DNA of 64,000 nucleotides from Macrostomum lignano (lineage: Eukaryota): assembly GCA_002269645.1 (NCBI GenBank), contig NIVC01003887.1:7381-71380 (forward strand), read 5' to 3'. Each line of letters begins with the position of its first letter. Within the stretch, counting starts at the first letter, position 1. Under the pieces are notes generated by a model. The model did not search any database. It was not told the origin of the DNA and was given only the letters and a program-made list of their open reading frames with translations. Below are positions 12,001 through 22,600 of this stretch, piece by piece. The position numbers and the translations under genes are program-made.

Positions 12001-12872
12001 CTGCTCGTCTTGCTCTTATTCGTGCTGCTGACGGTGAAGACTGGGTTGCCTTCCGGTTCCTCTGTCTCGATCTCGTGTGCCGACTTGTTCTGGGAGCTGC
12101 TTTTGCACACGGCTGCGAAGTGGTTGCGGCGTCCGCACTTCGCGCACGTCTTGCCCCAGGCTGGACATCGACCACTTGGGTGCTTTTGGCCACAGAACTT
12201 GCACTGCTTTCCGGCACTTCGGTTCTTGTCTACGCTGGCGATGGCTGCTGGGGCTGGCTGCTCAGCCGGGGTGCTGGAGCTGGTCGATGACTGCTTAACC
12301 TGATCGGAGCAGCTGTACTGCTGAATGAGTTCCAGCTGTTGAACGTATTCAACGCAGGTATCCAACTTCACAGCTGCGGCAGCGCTCTGGATGAACTCGA
12401 GAGTCTTGGCTCGATGCTGCATGTTCTGCAGTCCGCTGATCAGCATCGTCTGAATGAGCTCATCCTCGGCAGTCTGATGGCAGCCCTCAGCGTTCAGCTT
12501 GCTGAATTCGCAGAACCTGGAGGCATCCCTGAGGCGCTGTGCGAATTGTTGAGTCGATTCGCCGGTCTCTTGTCGAAGTGCCATGAATTTGGACCTCTCC
12601 GCAATGACCAGCCTCTTCTTGGGTGCTACCTTCTCCATGATCAGTTTGCGAATGTCTGCGAAGTCCATGTTCTCCAGTTCCTTGGGCTGCGCCATGACAG
12701 ACACTCTGCGGACTGCCTCGACTCCCGCCTTGGACAGGAAGAGGTCAGTAATCTGGCGATCTTCATTGGAGTCCGTCAGCTTCTTGCTTCGACTGAGTGC
12801 GGCGAAACTCCTGAGCCATGCCTCAGTCATGGCTGGATCGTTTAGTGGCAGGTCACTTGCTTGCGACGCCAT
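9084..12872 (-). CDS. gag-pol: Gag-Pol polyprotein, 1262 aa (gag with Cys/His knuckles, protease, RT, RNase H, integrase)
   Basis: CKFCGQKH..CAKCGRRNHFAAVC; protease LDSGS; RT YQDD; RNase H TDAS/EREALA/CDHQPL; integrase H-H-C-C, then MDH..VDAFS..SDN..SNGCAER. Confidence 0.96.
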   Translation of the reverse strand: MASQASDLPLNDPAMTEAWLRSFAALSRSKKLTDSNEDRQITDLFLSKAGVEAVRRVSVMAQPKELENMDFADIRKLIMEKVAPKKRLVIAERSKFMALRQETGESTQQFAQRLRDASRFCEFSKLNAEGCHQTAEDELIQTMLISGLQNMQHRAKTLEFIQSAAAAVKLDTCVEYVQQLELIQQYSCSDQVKQSSTSSSTPAEQPAPAAIASVDKNRSAGKQCKFCGQKHPSGRCPAWGKTCAKCGRRNHFAAVCKSSSQNKSAHEIETEEPEGNPVFTVSSTNKSKTSSIKNVKLDGKLLAMQLDSGSDASIIPKNFWKALGEPRLKRCPRQLRQFDGSVIKTLGCFLAVVELSDRVACIEVTVAACEKNHGLLGTDALDFKLDGVAINHAEVTPPLGKLRGFRARIVLKDNAQPSYFEARQVPIHMKPLVIEKLRKMVQSGILEPVPPGGSRWASPIVVVRKPNNDLRVCSDYKIGVNPKICADSYPLPNIESAFCALAGMTHFATVDLTNAYNQIELDENAREVLTINTPIGLLRWTRMPYGVKTASAQFQAAMEATIGDAVSNMVIYQDDICVGAPTEVELDAKVKHLLSTLKEAGMEINHEKCVFRSTEICFLGYRISADGVRPDKKLVEKIQKVKPPTTRKELESFLGLTNYYARYIQAYSEKIEPLTALRSQKSSFVWGLEQQKAFEDLKRALAVYPVIRIFDPRKLTTLTTDASESAVSGILSQDGHPVLYLSRRLSPAERNYSNIEREALAVVWATQRAKRFLLGKKFLLQCDHQPLEFIFGPSRELPKVTSARIMRWASQLAAFDFDIAYVKGNSIPHVDAMSRMPFESNDDGDSSGDGGFIHWTETDLLRLEEIRQGTDIDPVLKSIKRRIQKNVWSNCSAAERPFKAVRHQLTIEDGIVCCGDLLVPPATVRSKMLQAAHGVTHSGALATRNRLKREAWWPGHCDDVERFVKQCATCTRIRPLPNRAVHTWPTEETPWKRVHMDHAHVSGVGLILVLVDAFSGWPEAVHVADKSARTVIRVLRAIFARQGVPHTLVSDNAPEFHDQELQGWLKRIGCNQLFTPPYHPQSNGCAERMVQTVKRGLKAFAAHLGPFDAYLAKLLLNYRATPRSDGRGSPSALMGRQLRSPLTLTFETDAPVVYQARQSAQPELAEFVVQAGHNTAIVTRTESDRPVLAHRDQLRPLLAAAGSEAEGGCPELNVSEAPTNDSGESATVEHPQAGELDTADTGLRRSQRGNKGVPPDRLTARW

Positions 12873-13137
12873 TGTCGTGCCGTGAACTTGGCATAAAGAA
12901 ACTCAAGGTTTATTTTAACTAGCAAGTAGCTTATTAAATAATGACACGAGCAAGGGCCGAGAGAACACCGAAATAAAGTCACGTGATGATAAATAACTAC
13001 GTACAAGTACATGGCGGCTTAGGGGATGGCCAGTCAGAGCGAAGGGAGAGGAAAGAATGGTGTGCACGTACGATGCACGTACATAGCATAAGCTAGTTAG
13101 TTAGCCAGTGCCTAGAGCTCAGCGCTCCGGCACCACA
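12873..13137 (-). repeat. 5' LTR
   Basis: Identical to 8811-9075. On the minus strand it is followed directly by A-TGGCGTCGC (PBS-like). Confidence 0.97.
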
Positions 13138-14099
13138 CTTATTATCTACGCAAGCTTGGCACGTTAGGTTTGAGTTATTGTCAATTGAGTTATGGGCAAT
13201 CTGTGTACGCTTAAATTATGTCATCGCTCTTGCGCACGTAGCATCGCTTTACAATATAAATACAGACATCAGAGCTTTGATAGCTCTCACGTGTTCTTCT
13301 ACCACTTTAAACAAGCAGCATAGCTGATCTATCACACTCCGGAGAACAGAAACTCAAACACCGACGACAGCGGAGAACCGTGGAGGCTCCACCATGCGGC
13401 AGTACCAAACTCGAGTTGGTGCATCACCAGACAGGCTACAACAAAATGGAGGATATGATATTAGTGCGTACGCACTTTCGCTTAAGAACTGGTTTCGATG
13501 GCCAAAGTGCTGCGTCAAGAAGTTGCTGCCAAGCCAGGAAGGTGAAGATAAACCACACAGTAATTAAAAACGCAGCCACAGAAATGAGCTGGATTTGCTT
13601 TTTTACTTAAAACTTTCGACAACAGCGTTTTAGGATATCACACAAAAATATGAGTCAAATCACAAACCGAATTTCTTTCAATGAATAAAATGAATAATTA
13701 ATAAAACATTTGGGATTAATTCATTTCAGCTTTGATACCTTCAATTGATAATTTTTAATCTCTTTAAAAAATCACTCAATATTGCTAACTACTTTCTCGT
13801 TTAATCTGACTGCACACTCAGGGCTCAATCTGATTCACGCCTGCTCAATGCACTACTAACTCAAGTAGCCACGCACTGATATTGCAGCAGTTCTGCTGTT
13901 ACCTCAGAGCCAATGGGAGAGGCAGAAAGCTGGGCAGAGGCGACCGCACAAGCCAGCAAAAGCAGCCGCAATCTGAGCAGGCAGTTTGAGAAGGAGTTCG
14001 CTGCAGCTGCTCCAGGGCCAATAAAATCTGCTGCAGAGGCGGCCGGTGCCCTGCCGGACTCTCGGGCTGAGCTGAGACACCTGCGACTGAGCTCCAGTC

Positions 14100-17000
14100 A
14101 TGATGGAGCCATGGATATTACCATTTCCTGACGAAAAAGTAAGTAGAGTTAAGTTAAGCAAATGCAAGCTTAGTAATATTTTATTCTCAAATGCAGTTGC
14201 AGCAACTCACTCACATGTTTGAATGTGCAGCTTGGGTGCCTCAATTGCAGTTGCAGAAACTCACTCAGCCGGACCCCAGCAACCGGCCAAGCGTCGGAGA
14301 CTCAACAGCCGATCTCCACACTCTCGCCCACGACGTCATCCGAGGTGACTTCGGCCAGGTACGGCGGCTGGCAACGCGCCAGCTGGTCACCAGCGCTGAT
14401 GCAGCTCATCAGACCGTCCTCATGCTGGTGGCCGACGCTCCTGAGACTCCCGTGCAGACTGAAAAAAGCATCTTGTACTTATTTGAGCTGGGCGCGAACC
14501 CTAAGGCGGCTGACGCGAACGGCGACACGGCTGCGCACCTAGCAGCCCGACGGGACCACCTGCGGCTGCTGACGCTGCTGTCATTCGATTCGAAGTGGCT
14601 GCGGAACGACAACGGCGCCACTCCGCTGATGGAGGCGTCGCGGACTGGAAGCTGGAAATGCGCCAAGCACCTGCTGCACCTGCTCAGGCAGTGGAGATTC
14701 AATGAGTACATAAATCACAGAAACTCGAAGAGGTCGCGGCTGCTCGGACTGAAAGATCCTGAGGGTCGGACGGCGTCGGACCTGGCGACGCTCAGCGGCC
14801 ACTCGGAGCTGGCCAGCTACATCGAGCGGTGAGTGAGCAGTTCGCTGCTGTGTCCATCAAGTTTTGCAGCATTCGGCTGGGGTGGCCAGAGCTGCAGTCT
14901 CAGGCCAGCCAATCAGAGCCAGTCAGCTGAGCTTGTCTCTGACTGACTGCTTGATGGGCGAGAGCTGTGATTGGCTGGCTGCCTCCCAGCCAATGGGGTG
15001 CCGGTTGATCTCAGTCGAGAGTGGAAACTGTAGGGCCTCGGTGTGCAGTGAGAGTGTGTGGGTTGAGCTGCAGATGAAGAACTGAGAAGCTGCAGTGCAT
15101 GAGTGCTTTGTGAAACATTTTGAGACTCGTGCTGCAGAAATTCAAAATGAGCTGTGTGTGAGAAGTGGGATGCGCTCTCGCCAATGCTAATTGTTTCAGA
15201 GATGCCCAGTCCTCTTTTAGACTCCATCTGCGAGCAGCTCAATTAATTAGGAACTTCTGTTTACAAAATTTATCATGAAAATTAATTCTCTCGTACAACT
15301 TAAAATTTATTTTTAGCGATCATAGTAGTTGTGAGAAAACTTTAAATTCGCTGCTCATTTTTGCTGTTGCAGGGAGATGCGGCTGGATGTAAAACGTTTT
15401 GGCGTAATTTCCGGACTGACAGCCCAGGTGAGCGGCATCTGCGGTGCCGATGCGGCTGCAGCTGAGCAGCTGTGCTCAAATTTCTTGCTTGCCTTTGCAG
15501 GAGGAGGCGGATCGACAGAAACTGCAGCGGCTGGCTGAGGCGGGCGACTCAGCGGGGCTGCGGCGAGCGGCGACCCACGGCAGCTGCGACCTGCCTGACA
15601 GTTTTGGTTCCACCGCACTGATGTGGGCAGCTCACAACAGCTCGTGCGCTGATGAGGCTCTGTGGGAGAAGCTGGTGCAGCTGGGTGACCCCACGTTTGA
15701 GGATTTTCTATCTGACAGTTGCCTGCACCATGCAGCTAATGCTGGCAATTCTGCCGCAGCCTCCGCTCTGCTGGCTGCTGGAGCCTCCGTTAATGCCAAG
15801 AATCACTGTGAATACACACTCCTCATGGAGGCAGCGATTTTTGCACCCCCCGCCACCGCCGCCGCAGTCGGTCATGTTCTGCTGGACTCAGGGGCGGATT
15901 GGAGCCTGACGGACAATAGGGGAATGACTGCGCTGGATTTGGCCACACAGCAGCAAAATAGCGAACTGGCTGAGCTGCTGCGTGGGTGAGTTTCCATGGC
16001 GACATAGAATGTCTCTCTGACTTTGATTTCTCACGGATAAAAATTATTGCCGTAATATATGATTGTGTTGTGAGCTGCGCCTCACAATGCGCTTGCCGCG
16101 ACCCCTGCGCTCTCCGCCTCTCCTCTCCCTGCGGCTGGCTTATTCTGGCTTGCCCCCCCCCCCTCCGTCTTAAGCTGCTATTCTTCATTTTTTCCGTTTT
16201 CATTTTTATTAGTTGGAATCTTTTCGTCTCTCATCAGGCTAGTCCAATAATGTCTCTCGCCGCGGAGGCACCTGATTGGCTAGCCTTCCCCCTTCTTTCT
16301 CTCTCGAAGTTTAAATCTGTGAGTCCCCCCCCCAACCTCCATCCCTGTGTTGCTTAGCCCCACCCAGCCCCTTGCTCACCCAGTATTTATGTGTGCTGAA
16401 TAGCAGCATCCTCATCCACAGTTCCTTCTTGCCGTAGGGCTGGACGAGTGCCTGTCCGCTCAAAGCCTCTCCAATTTCGCTTCGAAGTGTCTTTACGCCT
16501 CGGGGTCGCTTATCATACCCACCAGGCTCTGGGCAGTCCAGCACCCGAACTCCAGCAGAAAAGACAACCCTTCAATATTGAGCAGCTGACTGCAGTTGCT
16601 CTGAGTGGGCATTTTTACATTTTTGTTGTTTAAATGGGCAGCAGGGACTGACTGAGCTGCATTGAGGGATTTTACAGTGCAGTTTGACTGCAGATTGCCA
16701 GTTGAATATTAATTTTCAGCTGCCTGCGAGCTATGAGACACCAGCAAGTATTTTTCTGTGACATTTGAGTAAAACAGCAACCAGAGTATTTCTTTTTTGT
16801 TGCTTTTCTCTGCCTCACCACTCACATGAGGTGGCTCTCACCTGAATTTCACTGACTTCAGACTCCGAACTGCCTATTTAGGTATGACGGCAAGATTTAC
16901 TTCGACGAGCCTCTGGCAGTGCCGTGAGTTCCCACAGCTATACAGCACACACGGCTACAGCACACACAGCTACAGCACACACAACTACAGAACACACAGC

Positions 17001-18138
17001 TACAGCACACATAGCTACAGCACACACAGCTACAGCACACAGCTAAGGAACACACAGCTACAGCACACACCTACAGCACACAGCTACAGCACACATAGCT
17101 ACAGAACACACAGCTACAGCACACACAGCTACAGCACACAGCTACAGCACACAGCTACAGCATGCAAATTATCCCTCATTGCCTCAATTCGCATCCCTTC
17201 AGACCCGAAGGCCCCCTGTTCCTGGAGCGCTGGGACGCCGTTCGTCTCATCGGCCGTGGAGCCTTCGGCGAAGTTCACGAAGTTCGAACTGACACGGGCG
17301 TCACGTGCGCTGCCAAGACTCTCAGACTGCCTGTGCAGCTCGGTGATGAGCTGCCCTCTGTGAGCACAGAGATCCACAGAGCTGTCGAGAGCGAGAGAAA
17401 CCTGTGCCGACTGCGGCATCCCAACATCGTCAGGTTCTTGCACATCGCTCAGCCGGAGCCCGACACAGTCGTTGTGTTCATGGAGCTGCTGGACGGCCGA
17501 AGCTTGGAGAGGCTTATCGACAACAAGCCGCTGGACGAGCTGACAATTCGAGACTTCAGCGAGCAGGTGAGTATTGTGCATCCTTGATGCTCCTGTTTTA
17601 TCTTCCCATGAACGATGACTGCTCACTGACCGACCGCTTGCAGATCTGCCGCGCGCTGCTCTACCTGCACAGCCGGCAGCCGCCCGTGATCCACAGAGAC
17701 ATCAACTGCTCGAACATAATCGTTCGTGCTGACAACACGCGAATCAAGCTGATCGACTTCGGCCTGTCAATCAAGCTGGAGCAGTCAGTCAGCCACATAT
17801 CAGCCTCCACTCAATCACCCAAAGGCACTCTGAACTTCATGGCGCCAGAGCTGCTCGGAGCGGGAGAGTCGGACAGCGTGCAGTACAGCAGAGAGTCGGA
17901 CATCTGGGCTTTCGGCTGCTCGGTCTTCCAGATGGCGTCCGGCGCGAGGTCGTTCGCCAATGTCAGAAGCATGTTACGAATGGCCCAGCTGATTGATAGG
18001 AGCGGCGCCCCTGCCCTGCCGGACGGCCGGTCCGCAAAACTTCAGGATTTCTACAGCCGCTGCACCGCCAAGGACCGCAGGAAGAGAAACTCGGCACAGG
18101 AACTGCTGCAGCACGAGTTTCTGGCTAGTCTGACTTGA
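14100..18138 (+). CDS. Ankyrin-repeat + MAP3K/STE11-like Ser/Thr kinase, copy 1 (about 671 aa). Exons 14100-14138, 14251-14828, 15373-15427, 15501-15985, 17203-17566, 17644-18138
   Basis: All introns are GT-AG with matching phases (2016 nt in total). Ankyrin motifs GDTAAHLAA, GATPLMEA, GSTALMWAA, GMTALDLA. Kinase motifs GRGAFG, AAK, HRDINCSN, DFG, GTLNFMAPE, SDIWAFG. Exon 1 is the least certain. Confidence 0.88.
16934..17162. repeat. 13-15-bp repeat (CACACAGCTACAGCA)n in intron 4 of kinase copy 1
   Basis: Direct reading; absent from the matching intron of copy 2. Confidence 0.9.
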
Positions 18139-18659
18139 AGCGCTAAGCCGAGATGTTTCTACTTCTTAAACTACTTTGGATCTTAAATCAATATAATTAA
18201 AAATGAACCAATAATTTTGATTCTGAGTGTCCAGCGTACAATATCTGGGCTTTTTAACTCTTTAAATTCATTGTTATAGTGCCTTAATGGCTTTAAAAGC
18301 ATGTCTTGGCATTTAAGCTAGCGGATTGGAAATGGGAAGAAGCTGAAAAATTTTGTAAGAATCGAAAGGAACTGCGCGAAAGCAGAACCCACACAGCATC
18401 CACGCTGCGACCACCAGGGTTTTTTACCCTAATTAGTACCCCATGGGGGGTACTAGTAAACTTATTTAGGATACTATTTTGCCTATTAACACCTCGAAAT
18501 GGGGTACTACTTTTTCAAGTTGAAACAAGTTAAGCTTTTCTTTTCTAAATTAGCATTTGATTAAATACTATTCGAATCAGAATATGTACTAGTATACAAG
18601 TACATATAGATACTAGTATATCAGTAATCAGAGTGTGCACGAGTATTCCAGCAGCAACA

Positions 18660-19680
18660 ACACCAAACCAAAATACGCTGTCAGCATAACAGGGCGCGTT
18701 TCAGGGCCGAATTCGGTGCGTCAGCAAGCAGGCAGTCGACGAAACGCCGATTGTGCACCTGCCCCTGCCTGTAAGGTGCCTGCAGCGTCAGCAGCAGCAC
18801 CTCCTGCACCGGTTGTCGGCAGTACGTCTCGGCGCGGATGTGTTGGCCTGCAAGCTGGAGTCGCCGACGGCGCAACAGGTCGCTTGGACGGACGAGGCCG
18901 GCGCAGTGATACAAAGCCGCTTTGGTCACTCGCTCGTAGCCCATCTTGAAAGCAGCGCGCAGCAGGTTAGCATGCGCCGCGTTAACTTGTTGCTCGAGCG
19001 ACTCCATTAGCGTCCAGGTCTCGGCGTTGTACGGCAGGACGGTCTCGACCACTGTCTGGAACAACGCTGCCCTCTGGCGGTCAGGTAAGGCCTCGGACTG
19101 CAGGACTGCCCTCATAGAACGAAAGGCAGCCCAGGCAAGCCCGCGGTGACGTCGCAAATCTTTGCGGACGTCAAGAACTAGACCGCTGAGGTTGATGAAC
19201 TGCTTACAGCGCGGAAGCTTTGTCGCCTGTCCATCAGCGCCTCGGCACAAAATCGCAGACTCTATGTCATCTGGCATGCAGAGCACGACGGTCTTCTGCA
19301 CGTTGACCACCAGGCCGACACTCGCCGCAACAGCAACTAACCGCCATGATGGCGGTAATCAGCTGCTCTGGCACGTTGTACGCAGGAAACACCTTTGGGA
19401 GCACACACATAACGACTAAGTCGAATGCCTTCTTGAAATCTAGGATATGAATATGACAATCAAAATCGATTGGAGCGTCCTCGCTTCCTCGATGACTCGG
19501 CGAAGAGCTATGAAGTAGGATCTGCGTCATTGTGCCGCGATGAGGCCGTAAGCCGTTCTGCTCAGGATGCAAGTACGGATCCAGCACCGGCTGCAACCGC
19601 GATAGCAACATCCGGTTGAACAGCTTTGCAGCGCAGGACTGAAGGCAGACACCTCGATGCTCCTCAAGCCTCGTGGTGCC
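18660..19680 (-). pseudogene. Relic of an RTE-type non-LTR retrotransposon RT, with an internal deletion and the 5' side cut at the satellite
   Basis: HRGVCLQSCAAKLFNRMLL..EQNGLR..DFKKAFD..GLVVNVQKT..ETVLPYNAETWTL. The QG/YADD core is missing. Confidence 0.85.
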
Positions 19681-19693
19681 CAGCTTTAAGCCC

Positions 19694-22600
19694 GGATTTT
19701 AAGCTACATGATCCTTCACTTGAACTGCATGGATTTCAAGCTACATGATCCTCTACCTGAACTGCATGGATTTTAAGCTACATGATCCTTCACTTAAACT
19801 GCATGGATTTCAAGCTACATGATCCTTCACTTGAACTGCATGGATTTCAAGCTACATGATCCTTGACTTGAACTGCATGGATTTTAAGCTACATGATCCT
19901 TCACTTGAACTGCATGGATTTTAAGCTACATGATCCTTCACTTGAACTGCATGGATTTCAAGCTACATGATCCTTCACTTGAACTGCATGGATTTTAAGC
20001 TACATGATCCTTCACTTGAACTGCATGGATTTCAAGCTACATGATCCTTCACTTGAACTGCATGGATTTTAAGCTACATGATCCTTCACTTGAACTGCAT
20101 GGATTTTAAGCTACATGATCCTTCACTTGAACTGAATGGATTTTAAGCTACATGATCCTTTACCTGAACTGCATGGATTTAAAGCTACATGATCCTTCAC
20201 TTGAACTGCATGGATTTTAAGCTACATGAACCTTCACTTGAACTGCAAGGATTTTAAGCTACATGATCCTTTACCTGAACTGCATGGATTTAAAGCTACC
20301 AGTACATGATCCTTCACTTGAACTGCATGGATTTTAAGCTACATGATCCTTTACCTGAACTGCATGAATTTTAAGCTACATGATCCTTCACTTGAAGTGC
20401 ATGGATTTTAAGCTACATGATCCTACACTTGAACTGCATGGATTTTAAGCTACATGATCCTTCACTTAAACTGCATGGATTTTAAGCTACATGATCCTTC
20501 ACTTGAACTGCATGGATTTCAAGCTACATGATCCTTCACTTGAACTGCATGGATTTCAAGCTACATGATCCTTCACTTGAACTGCATGGATTTTAAGCTA
20601 CATGATCCTTCACTTGAACTGCATGGATTTTAAGCTACATGATCCTTTACCTGAACTGCATGGATTTAAAGCTACCAGTACATGATCATTCACTTGAACT
20701 GCATGGATTTTAAGCTACATGATCCTTTACCTGAACTGCATAGATTTTAAGCTACATGATCCTTCACTTGAACTGCATGGATTTTAAGCTACATGATCCT
20801 TCACTTGAACTGCATGGATTTTAAGCTACATGATCCTTTACCTGAACTGCATGGATTTTAAGCTACATGATCCTTCACTTGAACTGCATGGATTTTAAGC
20901 TACATGATCCTTCACTTGAACTGCATGGATTTCAAGCTACATGATCCTTCACTTGAACTGCATGGATTTTAAGCTACATGATCCTTTACCTGAACTGCAT
21001 AGATTTTAAGCTACATGATCCTTTACCTGAACTGCATGGATTTTAAGCTACATGATCCTTCACTTGAACTGCATGGATTTCAAGCTACATGATCCTTCAC
21101 TTGAACTGCATGGATTTTAAGCTACATGATCCTACACTTAAACTGCATGGATTTCAAGCTACATGATCCTTCACTTGAACTGCATGGATTTTAAGCTACA
21201 TGATCCTTCACTTGAACTGCATGGATTTTAAGCTACATGATCCTTTACCTGAACTGCATGGATTTTAAGCTACATGATCCTTCACTTAAACTGCATGGAT
21301 TTCAAGCTACATGATCCTTCACTTGAACTGCATGGATTTTAAGCTACATGATCCTTCACTTGAACTGCATGGATTTTAAGCTACATGATCCTTCACTTGA
21401 ACTGCATGGATTTCAAGCTACATGATCCTTCACTTGAACTGCATGGATTTTAAGCTACATGATCCTTCACTTAAACTGCATGGATTTCAAGCTACATGAT
21501 CCTTCACTTGAACTGCATGGATTTCAAGCTACATGATCCTTGACTTGAACTGCATGGATTTTAAGCTACATGATCCTTCACTTGAACTGCATGGATTTTA
21601 AGCTACATGATCCTTCACTTGAACTGCATGGATTTCAAGCTACATGATCCTTCACTTGAACTGCATGGATTTTAAGCTACATGATCCTTCACTTGAACTG
21701 CATGGATTTCAAGCTACATGATCCTTCACTTGAACTGCATGGATTTTAAGCTACATGATCCTTCACTTGAACTGCATGGATTTCAAGCTACATGATCCTT
21801 CACTTGAACTGCATGGATTTTAAGCTACATGATCCTTCACTTGAACTGAATGGATTTCAAGCTACATGATCCTTTACCTGAACTGCATGGATTTAAAGCT
21901 ACATGATCCTTCACTTGAACTGCATGGATTTTAAGCTACATGAACCTTCACTTGAACTGCAAGGATTTTAAGCTACATGATCCTTTACCTGAACTGCATG
22001 GATTTAAAGCTACCAGTACATGATCCTTCACTTGAACTGCATGGATTTTAAGCTACATGATCCTTTACCTGAACTGCATGAATTTTAAGCTACATGATCC
22101 TTCACTTGAAGTGCATGGATTTTAAGCTACATGATCCTACACTTGAACTGCATGGATTTTAAGCTACATGATCCTTCACTTAAACTGCATGGATTTTAAG
22201 CTACATGATCCTTCACTTGAACTGCATGGATTTCAAGCTACATGATCCTTCACTTGAACTGCATGGATTTCAAGCTACATTATCCTTCACTTGAACTGCA
22301 TGGATTTTAAGCTACATGATCCTTCACTTGAACTGCATGGATTTTAAGCTACATGATCCTTTACCTGAACTGCATGGATTTAAAGCTACCAGTACATGAT
22401 CATTCACTTGAACTGCATGGATTTTAAGCTACATGATCCTTTACCTGAACTGCATAGATTTTAAGCTACATGATCCTTCACTTGAACTGCATGGATTTTA
22501 AGCTACATGATCCTTCACTTGAACTGCATGGATTTTAAGCTACATGATCCTTTACCTGAACTGCATGGATTTTAAGCTACATGATCCTTCACTTGAACTG

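Larger units (their letters stand above)
8811..13137 (-). mobile_element. Intact Ty3/Gypsy (Mag-type) LTR retrotransposon, 4327 bp
   Basis: Two 265-bp TG...CA LTRs (8811-9075, 12873-13137), identical by eye. 5-bp TSD CTTAT (8806-8810, 13138-13142). One uninterrupted ORF. Confidence 0.97.

Noticed and set aside
9214-12885. Plus-strand ORFs of up to 249 aa inside the LTR element
   Set aside because: Antisense shadows of GC-rich gag-pol codons; no recognisable motifs.
13913-14131. 72-aa ORF as first coding exon of kinase copy 1
   Set aside because: It stops before the GTAAGT donor and is out of frame with exon 2; the ATG at 14100 fits and aligns with copy-2 exon 1 (FPDEK/FPDYA). At most a uORF.
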